Source: Haplodiscus bocki (taxonomy: Eukaryota). Taken from it: DNA of 64,000 nucleotides. Below, piece after piece: positions 10,500 through 23,120 of the stretch. The position numbers were made by a program, and so were the translations under genes. The notes beneath the pieces were generated by a model. It ran no database searches. It was not told the origin of the DNA and saw only the letters and a program-made list of their open reading frames with translations. Location of the stretch: the NCBI GenBank assembly GCA_965655095.1, contig OZ296648.1:155992001-156056000 (forward strand), read 5' to 3'. How positions within the stretch are numbered: the first letter of the stretch is position 1; every line of letters begins with the position of its first letter.

Positions 10500-13377
10500 A
10501 AGATTTATATACTTTATTTTATCTTCGCTCACGTCATATTTAACAAGTTTTCAAAATCTTTTTTCAATACAGGTTGAATCAAAGTGGAAGGGAAGCATTT
10601 CATAGTTTATAGTACCATAGCCAGAATAATAAATATCAACAATCATACAAAAAAGGCTGCATGTTGACCATCAAGTATCAGACAGTCTATTGTGAAAAAG
10701 TGGAGATAAGTCGCTGGTTTGCGCTGATCATTCATTTCAGTGGTTTGAATGGCTGATTCTTCATTTGGTTTGCGTAGTCTTTTCGTGTTTTTGAAAAAAA
10801 GGGTCCTGTCGTCCAGATTCCTGTTACATGTCACTGCTCGATTAGGTTTTTTAAATGTTTCACCGATCAACTAGTAGTAGGTATCAGACGAGAAAGTTGA
10901 GTATAAACAGGGCACAGCGTACCCCTTTTCTCGCTTTTGAAATTTGTATCTTGATTCCAGAACATGATAATGTTTTTCCTTAATGTCTTAGTATTCGCTT
11001 TCTTCAGAGGGCAACCCAGAAGCATAAAAGATGTCTTTTTCAAAATCTTTTCCCGCAAGCGGTTCTCCAAAACAAAGACGATACCGAAAGTTTTCAAAAA
11101 ACTTCATGAAAAAAATTGGGCGATTGTTCGTCCATAGCCCCAACAACTGAAAAGGTCACAATTGGTAACATTCAAGGAACAAACTTACGGCTTCAAAAAG
11201 AAAATGCTCTTGGCATGGAAGATCGAATTGAAGGAAGATGTATGTTCACGGGTAAAAACGCTCAAAGGAAAAATTATATAGCTCCTGCGGGATATACACA
11301 ATCTGGGAACTTTAGAGAATTGTTTGTTAGATGGTATCTCTCGCTTAATAGTTGGCATCACATACTCCTCCTAGGGTCCTGGTTGAATTCTAAAAATCTC
11401 TCCATTGTTGGTCGAGTGATGAAACTCAGAAGCAGTGAGAGTAAGTTGTTGATCCAGATAATAGTCATCATGAAATTTGTTGAAAAGTTCCAGAAACAAG
11501 TAGGTCCCCGTGTTGCGATAAACTTTAGATAAAAATGGTAATAGATGCCTCTCAATTCTCTAAACAACGATGTAGCTATCCCCGAAATCTTTTGTCAGTA
11601 GTGGCAGAGAATTGACGATACATTCTTTCGAGCAGTTAGGCAAACTGGAGCAGAAAACTGTATCCCAGGGAAAGTAAGAAATTGAATGGTACAAGCTGTT
11701 GAAATAAAGCTAGACAAAGAATGCTTGAAGTAAGCAACTGAAACTTTTATGCTAGAAAGAAACTGTTAACTTTGTTTACAAGCAATTATATTAATTGGCA
11801 AACAAAGAGAAAAAAATTGGGTCGAAATACTGTGAAAAAAGGAACGTGCAGGGACCTGTTTCACTACCTGTAGACAAACTCCATCTGTAGCCTACAGAAA
11901 ATCATTGATTGAAAAATTGAGAAGATCACGATCATTATTCGTTTAACGGCTGGTAAACATGTTTGTACCCAGTTAAAGCTGGCGATCTGCACAAAACATG
12001 TAAACAAACTGTCTGAAGTCCAGACAAAACACGTAACGTAAACAAAAACCATTTTTGGTTGTCACCATTCAAAAAATCTTTTTACAATAAGTAGTTAGGA
12101 TAAGTAGTTATCCTTTTACGATAACAGTCAAAGTGGCAACTGGGTCCCCTGATTAAAAGTTGTTTTCATAGTGATTCCAAAATTTCGATACTACACGTAA
12201 TCTAACCTGAGATAATCAAGACTGTAAACACTCATTAATCAAAGAATGACAATAGAGACTCAAACCTTCACCAGCTATTATTGTTCCTATCATTAAACTT
12301 CTTACGAAACTTGGTTGAATAAACCGGCGGCTGGTCAGAGATGAGAAGTCAGATGACGAGTGGAGCATCAAAAAATCAGTATCCAAGACATATTTGGTCT
12401 GTTGAAGAGCAAGAGCGTCCCACCTAACATTGTCAGGAGTTTGGAAACTGTGGGCCTTGCAGAGGAAAAAATTCATATAAGTATAAATGTTGACCGTTTC
12501 GAATTACCTCTTAGTGTCCGAGAAGTCTTATTCCGTTTCTATTTTGATGACACAACCCTATCCGAGAACCAGTTGGGTTATCAGTCGGACTGAGAAACCT
12601 TAGAGTGGTATTGTCAGACAATTAACAATCCGCAGTCTCCGTGTCTGAAAGAAGTAACATCGCCATCTTCATTTTAATCTCCCCCTTATCAAGATAGCAA
12701 TGAGGAAAGAACAGAATTTATTCAGCTGGAAGCTCTTCTGAAGTCGAGCCCTTCCTTCTCTCCTGAATATCCTTCCTGAAATTGGAATACCGTCCCACAC
12801 TTTCACCACAAGTAGAGACACAAGATCTTTCCAAACTTTGAACTATTTTTTATTTGATAAAAACATTCATGACTATCTTCTACATTTTCCGATAATCAAC
12901 AATAAGCTATTTTGTATTAGTTTTTTAAATTCTTCAGCATGATTATTTGCAATTTGAGGATTGATATTGCAGAAGCGGTTAGTCTAAGTCCTCCGCTAAA
13001 ACAGAAGAAATGCAAGCACTCGGGCATAATTTACAGTAAGCGGGAGGCAGTTAAATCAGAATAAACAAACTTCAAAGAAATCGCGCGTATGAATCTAGTC
13101 ATAGTTGAGTTGAAAAGGCACAAGTGGTCATCAGATAACAAAAGCCATCAGCAAAAGTTTATATTTGAACAAACAAAGAACGAGAGGTGCTTGTTTTTAC
13201 ATCAAGATGAAGGACACTATCATAAACATTCAGAACTGCTTCAAAAGTTACGCATCCGATGAGATGACCTACTTTTACCCTGCAGCGTTAGTCAACAAAA
13301 CAGACGATCGTAAACAAAAGGGGAAACCTTACTTTCAAGTTTTCAAATTCAGTTTAATAAACTCAGCAACGGAAAAA

Positions 13378-16196
13378 ATGATAAACTGTGATATTTGCAG
13401 CAAAACTTTTGCTAAGAAGTGAAACATGTATCGGCATCTCCGCAATATTAATAACACTGACACGTCGAAGTCAGAGCAGTGAAACTGCATCGAATATCCT
13501 TTCAAAAGTTCCTCTATGGCAGTAATGACGAAACAAGAGGCCATCTCCAGTTCCAAAATTACCAGGCGACATGGTTCGCAACTTATGTATTGCATTTTGA
13601 TTTTGAGTCGCCCATTAAACTGGTAGCGACATGCTCCAACGCTTCTGATAGAAGCTCAAACGAGATTATAGAACAACATGAACCTTGAGGCTATTGCCTG
13701 GTTGTTATCGAGCACAGCAATGCAGAACCAGCCTTTTTCAAATTGGAAAGATCTTCTAATTGTATGCAAAGTCTCGTCAAAAACTTACAAAAACTTGCAA
13801 AACATCGTAACTACACAGGATCAACTCAGTTTCCATCCGATCAGTGCTGGATTTGTGAACGAGATTTAGATGAAAACGATGTAATTTTATATCAGTCATA
13901 CCAGCGGAAAGTTCCTAGGTTTCGCACACAGTAAATGCAACTTTGAACGACGCACAGTACATTCCGATATTTGCTCATTTTCGAATTTTGATTTATTTTT
14001 TGCTAAAATCTACACCTTTTCCAGAATGGAGCAAAACTCGAGTCAATCCTGTAACCGACGAAAAACATACCGATTTCGATTGGCATGACAGTTGCGTCTT
14101 ACACCGACCGCCGAGGGGTTGAAAAAAATTTAACTTTTTTTTAGTCTTACGTTTTGTCGACTCTTATAGATTTATGGCTTCATCACTAGACAAACTTGTG
14201 AGTTATTTACCTGCAGATTATTTCAGTTTATTGCATAATCACTTTCCTCAACATTGTTCCGACGATTTGCAACTACTCCATCAAAATGGTCTTTACCCCA
14301 CCTCTTATTTCGATTCCCTTGAGAAACTTCAATAAAAAGCCATGCCCAGTGTAGAGAAAGGGACAAACTCTCCAATATGGTCAGGTGTCAATGACTACAG
14401 AGAAATTTCAACATGCAACAAAAGTTCCGAAAGTTTGGGTGCAAAAACCTCGGTAGTTACCACGACCTTTACCTAACAACGGACACTGTGCTACTTGCAA
14501 GTGCGGTTGAGCAGTTTCGATAAGTTACTTACACTACTTACGGATTGGTTAGTGCTCACCAAAACACGTGTTCTCATTTTTCTGGCGATGGTTTCCTAAA
14601 AGTTACTAAAGCAAGAGTTGAATTGCTCACAGACCGTAGTCATTTGGAGATGGCTAAGAACTTGATCCTAGGGGGTCTCTTCAATGGTTTCAAAGCGTTT
14701 GGCAGGATGGACTTCAAGAAACAAAAGCCAGATCATACAGTCTCCTCATTGAAGCAAACAACCTTTATGGTGGAATTATGCAGAAAATTCCACTTCCTTT
14801 GAGAGATTTTGAGATTGTTGAACTTGTTGAGCTGAATTCTCAAAACCGCAAACGACCCCGAAATTGTTTTCGGATTAGAAGTCGATTTCCGATGCCCTCC
14901 ATAACTTGCACAAGGGCTTTTCCAATGGCTCCAACCAAGCAGAAAATTGATCGCAAGATGTTATCCGAGTATCAGATGGGTCTATCGGACCCAATAGGCA
15001 ATAGACGGGTTACCAATCCAAAGCATGTTCAGACTTTATTCGCCAAGAATAAATACACGGTTCATTACATTACTCTAAAACCCCACGTGAATCTTGGTCT
15101 CAACGTTACCAAAGTACATCAATTCCTTCAGCTCAAAAAAAGTGGCAGTACCCGTATATCAGCCTGAACACCAGAATGCGAACCCAGTCAAGGAACAAGT
15201 TCGAAGAGTCATTTTATAGGCCGATGAACATTTCTCGTTAAAGAAAAACTCGAAAGTAAACGAAACAGAGTCAACGTGAAACTAGTTAAAACAAGAGAAG
15301 CTGTCCTTGAAAACTCTGTGAAAGGTTTGATGAAATCAATCAACATCTTCGACGAAAACCTGGTAATAATTACGAGTCGAATGGGACAAATTTACTAGGA
15401 TACGCTAACACTAATGGGCGCTTGCATACTCGATCACGCCAAGTTCCATATGTACGAATTCCATTACAAGGGAAGCATAACATGTCAAAATCAGTACATC
15501 TATCCCAAAAACTGAAACAAAGGAACTGGTGTAATTTGCACCTATATAGTTTGAATCAAATATCATTAGGTATCCAAGCGAAATGATCTAGAGGCCATGA
15601 CAAAAACGATCGGAAGCCGACGGTAGGGTTTTCAAAACAACCTCATTCGAATAAAAAAAAATGTTTTATTCCCAGGTAATCAAGAATACGTTTCGTTACT
15701 CGCTATTGTATTCAGGCACTGACTTGCAATTAGAAGAGATCAGAGGAGAGGATTTTCATGAAGAAAAAGCAAGCAACCCAAACAACCTCATGCTAGAGAA
15801 CCATTTCGACTGTTCCAATTACCCAACTGGCAGCCCTCTTCATTGTGACAAAAACAAGATGATCTCACTCAAATTCAAAGATGGGATGGCAAGGAAAATC
15901 ATCCGCGAAATCCTTGGTCTCAAAGCCAAGATGAACTCAATAAACTATGAGAACCAGAGAAAATGTTAGAAGGCATATTTTGATTCGCTCAAACTTCACC
16001 GAAACATGCTATCTACAGTCGTGTTCTAGTCAGTGGTAACCACATGAGGTCAAACAACATAAGTTTTGGTTCTTCAAAACATCTCCAAACCATTCGAAAC
16101 CAAAAATCATTGAAGGCCTTTGACGACAAACGTTTCAAACCAAACGATGGCATACATTGTCTTCCTTTCGGCCACTTCGAAATAAGAGACTGGTAA
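13378..16196 (+). pseudogene. polB: Protein-primed PolB relic, copy 2 (insert at 15471-15675)
   Basis: Duplicate of 4069-6887. Confidence 0.92.
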
Positions 16197-16786
16197 CTGT
16201 ACAGAGGAATCCTAGGAGACGATGATTGAGGAGTTAAGAGCAAAAGGAAACGCCAGAAAGTAGTCCAACTTGGTCAACTCTAATCAGGATTTTCAGCTTC
16301 CCCTGCTAGCAACGTTTCATCGCTTTCAAACTATGATCCTGACCGTGAAGGGGTCATCCATGAAGTTGACACACAAATCTCAGATGAGATAAGCACCCCT
16401 CCTGACACTGGAGAGCATCAACAAGATTACTGGGCAATTGAACCGGGAGAGGTCATTTACTTCGAGGAAGAAACAACGGCATATTCGAGTGCTAGACAAA
16501 AAACGCTTCACTGACGACGAAGCTGAAGTAGAATCCTTCCGAGACTTCGATTCAGCCTATGACGACCTAACAATCGACTATAGTTCCTTGAAGGACCTTT
16601 CGGCACCAAGGTTTCCCGCCCTTTTCGATGTTTCCCAACCTAAGAGAACAGTTGTAATAATTTCAAGTGGTACTGAGTAAAATTTGATCGTACAAAAGGA
16701 TTTGGGTGGAACATTGTTCAACTGTTTTTAATCATACACGATGAAAAAAGTTTTGAAGTGTTTCTTTTCACGTAGATAACACCCAC

Positions 16787-17099
16787 ATCCCGGAAGTGAG
16801 CATAAAAAGCCTCAGCGAAAGACCGCAGGTAAAAGCCCTTGCGAGAATGGGCACGCAAAAAGACCATGCAAAAAAGCGCACGGAAAACCCCCCAGCGAAA
16901 GAGCGCACGGAAAAGCCCCTATGAAAAAGCGCACGGAAAAAGTCCGCATCCCGCAAAAGAGCGCACGGAAAAGACCCTCCCGCGAAAGAGCGCACGGAAA
17001 AAGCCTCCGCGAAAGAGCACACGGAAAAAGCCCCTACGATAGAGCGAACGGAAGAAGCCCCTGCGAAAGAGCGCGCTAAAAAGCCCCAGCAACACAGCA
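16787..17099 (+). repeat. 27-bp RKSARKKP coding minisatellite, copy 2
   Basis: Duplicate of 7478-7790. Confidence 0.9.
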
Positions 17100-19138
17100 G
17101 ATGTGAACAGCCTGTGCGAAAAAATTTGTAGATTTCTGCACAGTGGACGTTCGTAAGAAGAAAGGATTCAAAATCTCCAGCCTCATACAACACCGTTCGA
17201 GACAGAGCCGGTAAAAGAGCACCGAGAAGGACAGAAGTAGCTGTTGTGCGGTTCCGGACACACCACAAGGGTGAGTTTTTCGGACATAGTCCTGCTGGAA
17301 AAAGACAGATTCAAGAAAAAGACATAGTAGTTGATAAAAATGCATCAGTTCAACTATTTTCACCATTAATGATACATTTCCCTTTACCTGTTCCGAAATT
17401 TGGAAAATGAACTTTAGTTTCCTGAAATCATTTTCTGAATATAATCCCAATCCAAATCTGAATGTTTTATACTCAAGCTTGGAACAACATATGTAAAAAA
17501 TCATTTTGCTTCAAGACTGAATACAGAGGAACACATGTTTCTTCAGAATCGTGAAGCATTCAATTTCTTAAATGCATGGATAAACGCTTGTATTAACTTC
17601 AAATCAGTAGAGGTGTTACAAATACCTTCTTTTCGAACTAGACAATCTTTGACACCCGCTGTTTTTAAGATCTTCCGAGCGCGAGGAGTAATCTGAGCTC
17701 CTGGGGAGGGACTATGGATTCCAGTTCGGGCGCTGGCTTGATATGTACCCTAATTCCGGTGTGAGATCCAATGACATAAAAAAAGCACATTGTGTATGTT
17801 CTGTAGATCCCAAGAACCGAGAACTTTATGGAATCTTTTCCGATAGGCCCTTCCAGTAGCTCCCATCACAGCAAGGGTTTCCGTTCTTTTAGTTTTCTCT
17901 CCATTAGCGATATCTCCGGCTCCGTCGCCTACCATAACAGTTGCCCGCCTTCGAACTCTCTGTGCCCGCTGAAGTGTGGCTGACGCGTGGTGTTACGTTT
18001 AGGAGTACCTCTTCCATCTCAAGTTTGAAAACTAACTGTTATGTTCGCTGGAAAAACCGTGGAACCAAAAGTGTGGTTTGAAAAACCGGAAATTAATCCC
18101 TTCCTCGAAACTTTTCGAAACTTTAGGATGGAAATTAACAATTTTTTTCGAATAATTTTAAAATAGGAACAAGGAAAGACTTATCAAAATAAGAAAACAT
18201 ATAACACTCAGGTGGTTAAAAAAAATTTGAAAGACACAAATTGGTTGTACAAAAACTTTGTGCAACATAGAAGTTTCAGAAGTTTTTTAAATGGAACCGC
18301 TCTCTTAGCGAAAAATTCAACAAGAATTTCGAAGCAGAAGACTGTTGACAGTTTTGGTTAGAAGGGTATATTTTATTTGGATCCACACTCTTAGCAGAAA
18401 ATTCAACAAGAATCTTGAAGAACGAGACTGACTAATGTTGTCAGCTTTGGTTAGAAAGGTAAATTTTTTACTAGTAGTAGAAAAGTCTTTTGTTAAAAGT
18501 TAGGTTCGATATTGCCTTTGTGTTTCCGCAACTTCAAAGAAGCGCAGTTCAACTTTGAATAGAGTGAGACTAGTAGAAGCGGGGATGAACGCTTCTCCTT
18601 CACCTAGGTCACAAAGTAAACAAACTTGAAATACCTTTAGTCTGTCCCAGGCTACATGTAAATTTTATTTACAAGCCAAGATTCACCCGCGAAATACCTG
18701 TTTTGGGTTTTGTTTCAAGGATTCACCCGCAAAAAAATTGATATAATCTTAGGATTGACCCGCGAAAAACCATGTGAATCCTTATACTACTAGCTCATCA
18801 CAGAAAATTGTGAAATGCTTAGTTGAGGCCGCTGTGGTAACGGGAAAGGCCTTCAAAGATGAGCATCTGTCAAACAATTCATAATTAGTTGAAATGGAAA
18901 AATAGAATTTTCTATCAGCTGAAATGCTAAAATATCAAATTTTCTGTTAATCTGTTTCTAGAGAACAAGCTTGAGCTAAACTGAGGCAATATCGTGTGGA
19001 CTTGATACGTAAATTCATCTCCAATGAGGGCAAGTTTTGAGGGCACCCAGGAGCATCTTTTCCACTGTTCTGGTATGGAATGCATTAGCCAGAACCCCCA
19101 AAATTGAAAGCACTATTATTTATTCCGCAAAGCTGAAT

Positions 19139-19624
19139 TCAGCAATATTTCTCCTCCAAAGCTTTCAACATCTTCAAAAGTATAGAACAAGCCAAATATG
19201 TGTTGTGCCCTTGTTTTGAATCACTACTTTCCACAAGAGCGAGAAAATTAGTAGTGCATCCCAATCCAATTGATCGCTTCTCTTCAGCAACAATTTTTGC
19301 ATGTATTTCTGTCTGGTCATCTAGTTCTCGAATGAAAACTACTTTTTCACCATTAATAGTGACATCAAGGTGGGTATCATCCCACTTCTTTGAAATGAAA
19401 GTCTCATCAATTTTAGATGTTTCCTTTCCCACAAAATTATGAGTGCTGTTAGAAGGCGTCACAGCCGAATTTCCCGAGCGCCGGTTAACGATTGAACATT
19501 TTGTAACGAACTGATTCCCATATATATCCTTCCGATTGTTGATATCACTTATGAAAGATTGCAATTTTTCTTCTTCACAAAAAATACTCATGTTACTGAA
19601 AAAAGTTTCCGAGTCAAATGACAT
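19139..19624 (-). CDS. Hypothetical 161-aa protein (unknown); only its 3' part is present in duplication copy 1
   Basis: ATG-initiated ORF with globular composition, among the longest in the window; no motif recognised. Confidence 0.3.
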   Translation of the reverse strand: MSFDSETFFSNMSIFCEEEKLQSFISDINNRKDIYGNQFVTKCSIVNRRSGNSAVTPSNSTHNFVGKETSKIDETFISKKWDDTHLDVTINGEKVVFIRELDDQTEIHAKIVAEEKRSIGLGCTTNFLALVESSDSKQGHNTYLACSILLKMLKALEEKYC

Positions 19625-19772
19625 GAGACCACAAACTGCAAAAATACTTACAACGCTTAAACTCTAGACATTATTATTTACAGGGATGTACAATTAGTAA
19701 TTAGAGCAATCAATAACTGATAAAATAATTGCCATAATTCATTGATGTTAATTTTTATATTGCATTTATCGA

Positions 19773-19922
19773 AGGACCGATTTTCAATTATTGTGAGCAA
19801 TAAATAAATACGGACCATGCGTACTGAATCCACTATTCGTACGGAAAAACATTAAGGATAACGTATGGGCAGTCAGAAAAACAGGCGTCACTACGCCTCC
19901 TTACAGCGTCAATAACGGTCCT
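19773..19922. mobile_element. Possible small MITE
   Basis: Imperfect TIRs aggaccgattttca / tcaataacggtcct (11 of 14 match) about 150 bp apart; TA follows the right end. Confidence 0.4.
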
Positions 19923-21097
19923 ATATATTACACAAAAAGCATCTAAACAATCAGTAAATGGAGGAAGGATTTATAGATTAGGTCATCGTATTGCATAGTT
20001 AACTTCATCGTATTGCATAGTTAACTACATCGATTTAGAAAAAAATCACCACTGAAGGCGCGTCCAGATAAATCACAAAAGCCTTCCCTCCCCAAGTACA
20101 GCGGAAATTGATGATTCTTCAAAATTGCAATAAATCGATTGGAAATCAGATTTTAGATGTACAACTGAGTTTCCAGGTACGTCGAATGATAATTTTTTTC
20201 CGGTATTTTTGAAGTTGTGTCCGACAGTATAATATCCAACATCAGCAAAACAGAAAAGAAATTGTCGTTTGTATTAAAAACTTTGGGAAAATCAAAATAG
20301 GCTAGGAAAAATCCAATTTCTGGAAAAAATTTGGATCTAAACAGTTATTTTCACAATTTTTCATGGAAAATCTTCCAACAACTCAATAATTGAATTGTCA
20401 GGTTTCAAAAAACTGACACCGCTGATGTTTTGAAATAAACTCAACCACGGAAGTTTTTATTACGATATAAATTCGATAATTGAGTTCACAACAGTTTGAT
20501 TGGTTTGTCACTCTATCAGAAACCATAAATCGTCGTCCAGAATCTTGGTGCCTCTCAAAACATCATGCTGGGGGAGCTGGCACACCCAGTTAGTTAGCAC
20601 ACAACAGCACTCAACGTTAAAATTAACATAAGACTACTGCTCCGCTATCGAGTTAATCCGTCAAGCAGGCAAGCAGCGTTACAGTAAACAAGCAGGGAAC
20701 AGCCCAAATCAGCAACGGCCGGACGGCTCAAACTCTCACCTTCCCATCTAAGATTTGGGGAAACGTTAACTTTTCTGACAAATCCATTTTTTTTCGTGAA
20801 CTAAGTTGCAACAAAAGGATCGTTATAAAGGAGATATTAGGAAAAAAACTGGACCGAAAGTCCAATATGTTTCCCATTTTCATCAATCTGTGGTGCTCGA
20901 TTCTTGAGAACGTTGGTTTGAGCTTTGTGAGTTTTTCTTCTGCCTACTTTAAGTACGCCATTTTCTGGTTTTTGGTACGTCTTCTGTAAGCTTAAAGTGA
21001 ACAGGAGTGGTAATGAAAACAAGACGGTCAACTACCACCAGTATAAATTCCTCCCGCCAAAATTGTTGTTTCTTGAGAGAATGGAAACGTTTTTTTC

Positions 21098-21203
21098 AAC
21101 TCCGCCTCTGGGAAGGAAGACCCACACGTGCTTGGTTTCATTATTGGGTTCACTGTGGGAAGAACTATCAGTGCCGGTCCCAAGCCCGGGTAGAGGAGGA
21201 GGG
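21098..21203 (+). ncRNA. Twister self-cleaving ribozyme (P1-type core with a long P3 insertion) at the RTE 5' end
   Basis: c|AA-CTCC-GCC...[P3 hairpin cccacacgtg/cactgtggg]...GCCGGTCCCAAGCCCGGGTA-GA-GGAG-GAGGG. P2 (CTCC/GGAG), P4 (CCGG/CCGG), T1 (CCC/GGG), T2 (GC/GC), catalytic A (21098) and G (21199) match the rice Osa-1-4 twister layout. The P1 5' strand is absent. Confidence 0.85.
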
Positions 21204-23120
21204 TTGCGTCAGCAAGGGCATGCGGCCGTTAAACTCACGTCATCAAATATGAAAGGTCCTTACTCCAGTAACGATAAAGCTAGGGCGTACCCCAGAAGCG
21301 ACACCCGATAACGAGGACCGGGCACCGTGATAAATCAGCAACGCCCAAAACAAAACAAGCAGTTTTGCCAAACGCAACATGGAATGTCGGTACTCTGAAC
21401 GCAAAAAGTGCGGGACTGCTGACTGCTTGAAACGGAGAAACGTCAATATAATTCGTCTACCAGAGACCCGCTGGAAAGTAGTCCAAGCTAAGCAAATTGG
21501 CCATGGGTACAAACTTTTATATTGGCGATCCAAATCATCGAAATAGAGTAGTGATCGCGGTAGCTGAACAAGTGAACCAAAAAGTCAATAAGGAGTCACG
21601 TATCAATGATCCTAACATGGCCATAACAATTTTGGTTGAGGAACTTGGACGACCCATACATACGAACGCAAACTAGGTGTACATGATGCGAGAAAGACGC
21701 GTTCTCCGAGAGCCCAGAGTACGTACTACCGAACCGAAATTGATAAGTGACACGGTACTGGCCGGTGACTTGAATGGCCACAACAGTGAGGAGAGGAATA
21801 TCTAAACTATGACGGTGGTTGGGCTTATGGAACTGTAAAACCTGGGGGACATGGCATCTTGAACTTAGCAGAAGCCAACAGTTTGGTGGTTTTGAAACTC
21901 TACTGAAAAAACAGGTAAGAAACACCTGATTACCTACAAGAGTGGAAGAAAACATACTCAGATTGATGACATATTGGTTTCAGTAAGACGAGAAGCGGTC
22001 AGAAACTAACGAAGGAGTCCTGGTGGTAGAATGAGACAGTTAATGCGGCAACGAAACAGAAAGGAGCAGCATTCCGAAAATGGCAGTTGTCTAACTATGA
22101 TGAAAATCTAACGGCGTACAAACGTAGCGAAAAGAAGCCGAAACTTGAAGTTACCCACGCCAGAGAGCCAGCGTGTGAAGAGCTCAACAAAGAACTGAAC
22201 AGACTAGTGGGACCTCAGAAACTATATCGTTTGGCCAAAGCCAGGCAGGAAGTGGAAAAAAGGTTACCACGGGTTCTTTGTGAAAGACAAAGATGGAATC
22301 CCCATGTTCAGGAAGGACCAGGTTGTCAAGGGATGGGAACTCCACTACGAGAACTTGCTCAATGAGTACAGAGAGTTTGACGAGTTCACACTCAGTGCCC
22401 TCCATTCAAGGTCTTGTCGAAAAAACAACCATAACTGAAGTCCACTACCAGCTGAAAAGAATGAAACAGACAAAACACAGAACAATAACTTTGACCTACC
22501 ATGTTTGACAATCAAAAGTACACGAACCTTCAAAAACCTCCGCTTACTAATGAATGAGGATTTGGGAAACTGCCAAGACGATGTCAAAACTAGATTTGGG
22601 GTCGCCTGCAGGAACTGGCCAAAACTGTCTCCTTTTATCTACGACAAGAAGTTGCCGGAAACTCTGAAGCACCGTGTATACGAAGCTGTAGTCAGACCAC
22701 AACTAATGTATGTATCGGACACTTGGATGCTACGGGACAAAGATACAGATTGACTACAGAGGAAGGCGGCAAAATCCTCAGAAACTTCTATGCAAAAACC
22801 GTGAAGACCATGTCAGGAGCGCTGATTTATTACAGAGTGCCAATTTGCTCCCAATTGAAAAAATGCAACGAACCCAAAGGATAAATTAGTACAGACACTT
22901 TCTACGACTGGACAAAGCGCATGCAACAAGAGCTGCGTTTGGCCTAAAAACAGTTGGTAAGCCTCAAGAGAACGCACAGAGAATCATTGGATGGAAGTCA
23001 TCGCAAAAGGCATGCAAACTAGTGGGATACGCCCGGGGACTGCAAAAGATCGTGAAAAACAGAGGAAGAAGAATATGCCGAACCTGGAGGGAACAAGGCA
23101 GTAAAAGAAATAGCAAAACG
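21098..23120 (+). mobile_element. RTE-clade non-LTR retrotransposon relic (APE endonuclease and C-terminal RT/thumb; RT core deleted)
   Basis: ATWNVGTL, PETRWK, IGHGYKLLY, LAGDLNGH, HLITYKSGRKHTQIDDILV; SPWW*NETVNAATKQK...KLYRLAKAR...; YDKKLPETLKHRVYEAVVRPQLMYVSDTW; RTE-type 5'UTR after the ribozyme. Confidence 0.9.

Larger units (their letters stand above)
10025..18791 (+). mobile_element. Second (duplicated) copy of the Polinton right part, starting inside the MCP relic
   Basis: Matches 716-9482 at offset 9309, ending in ACTACT at 18786-18791. Confidence 0.88.
716..19326 (+). repeat. Head-to-tail segmental duplication: copy 1 716-10017, copy 2 10025-19326 (offset 9309), 7-nt insert 10018-10024
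   Basis: Every ORF wholly inside the unit recurs with identical translation at +9309; boundaries read directly from the sequence. Confidence 0.97.

Noticed and set aside
19984-20032. 22-bp tandem duplication; also the small palindrome duplication at ~39141-39173
   Set aside because: Ordinary local slippage events with no further structure.
20680-20760. B-box-like GTTTGAGCC on the minus strand (possible tRNA or SINE)
   Set aside because: No cloverleaf or convincing A-box.
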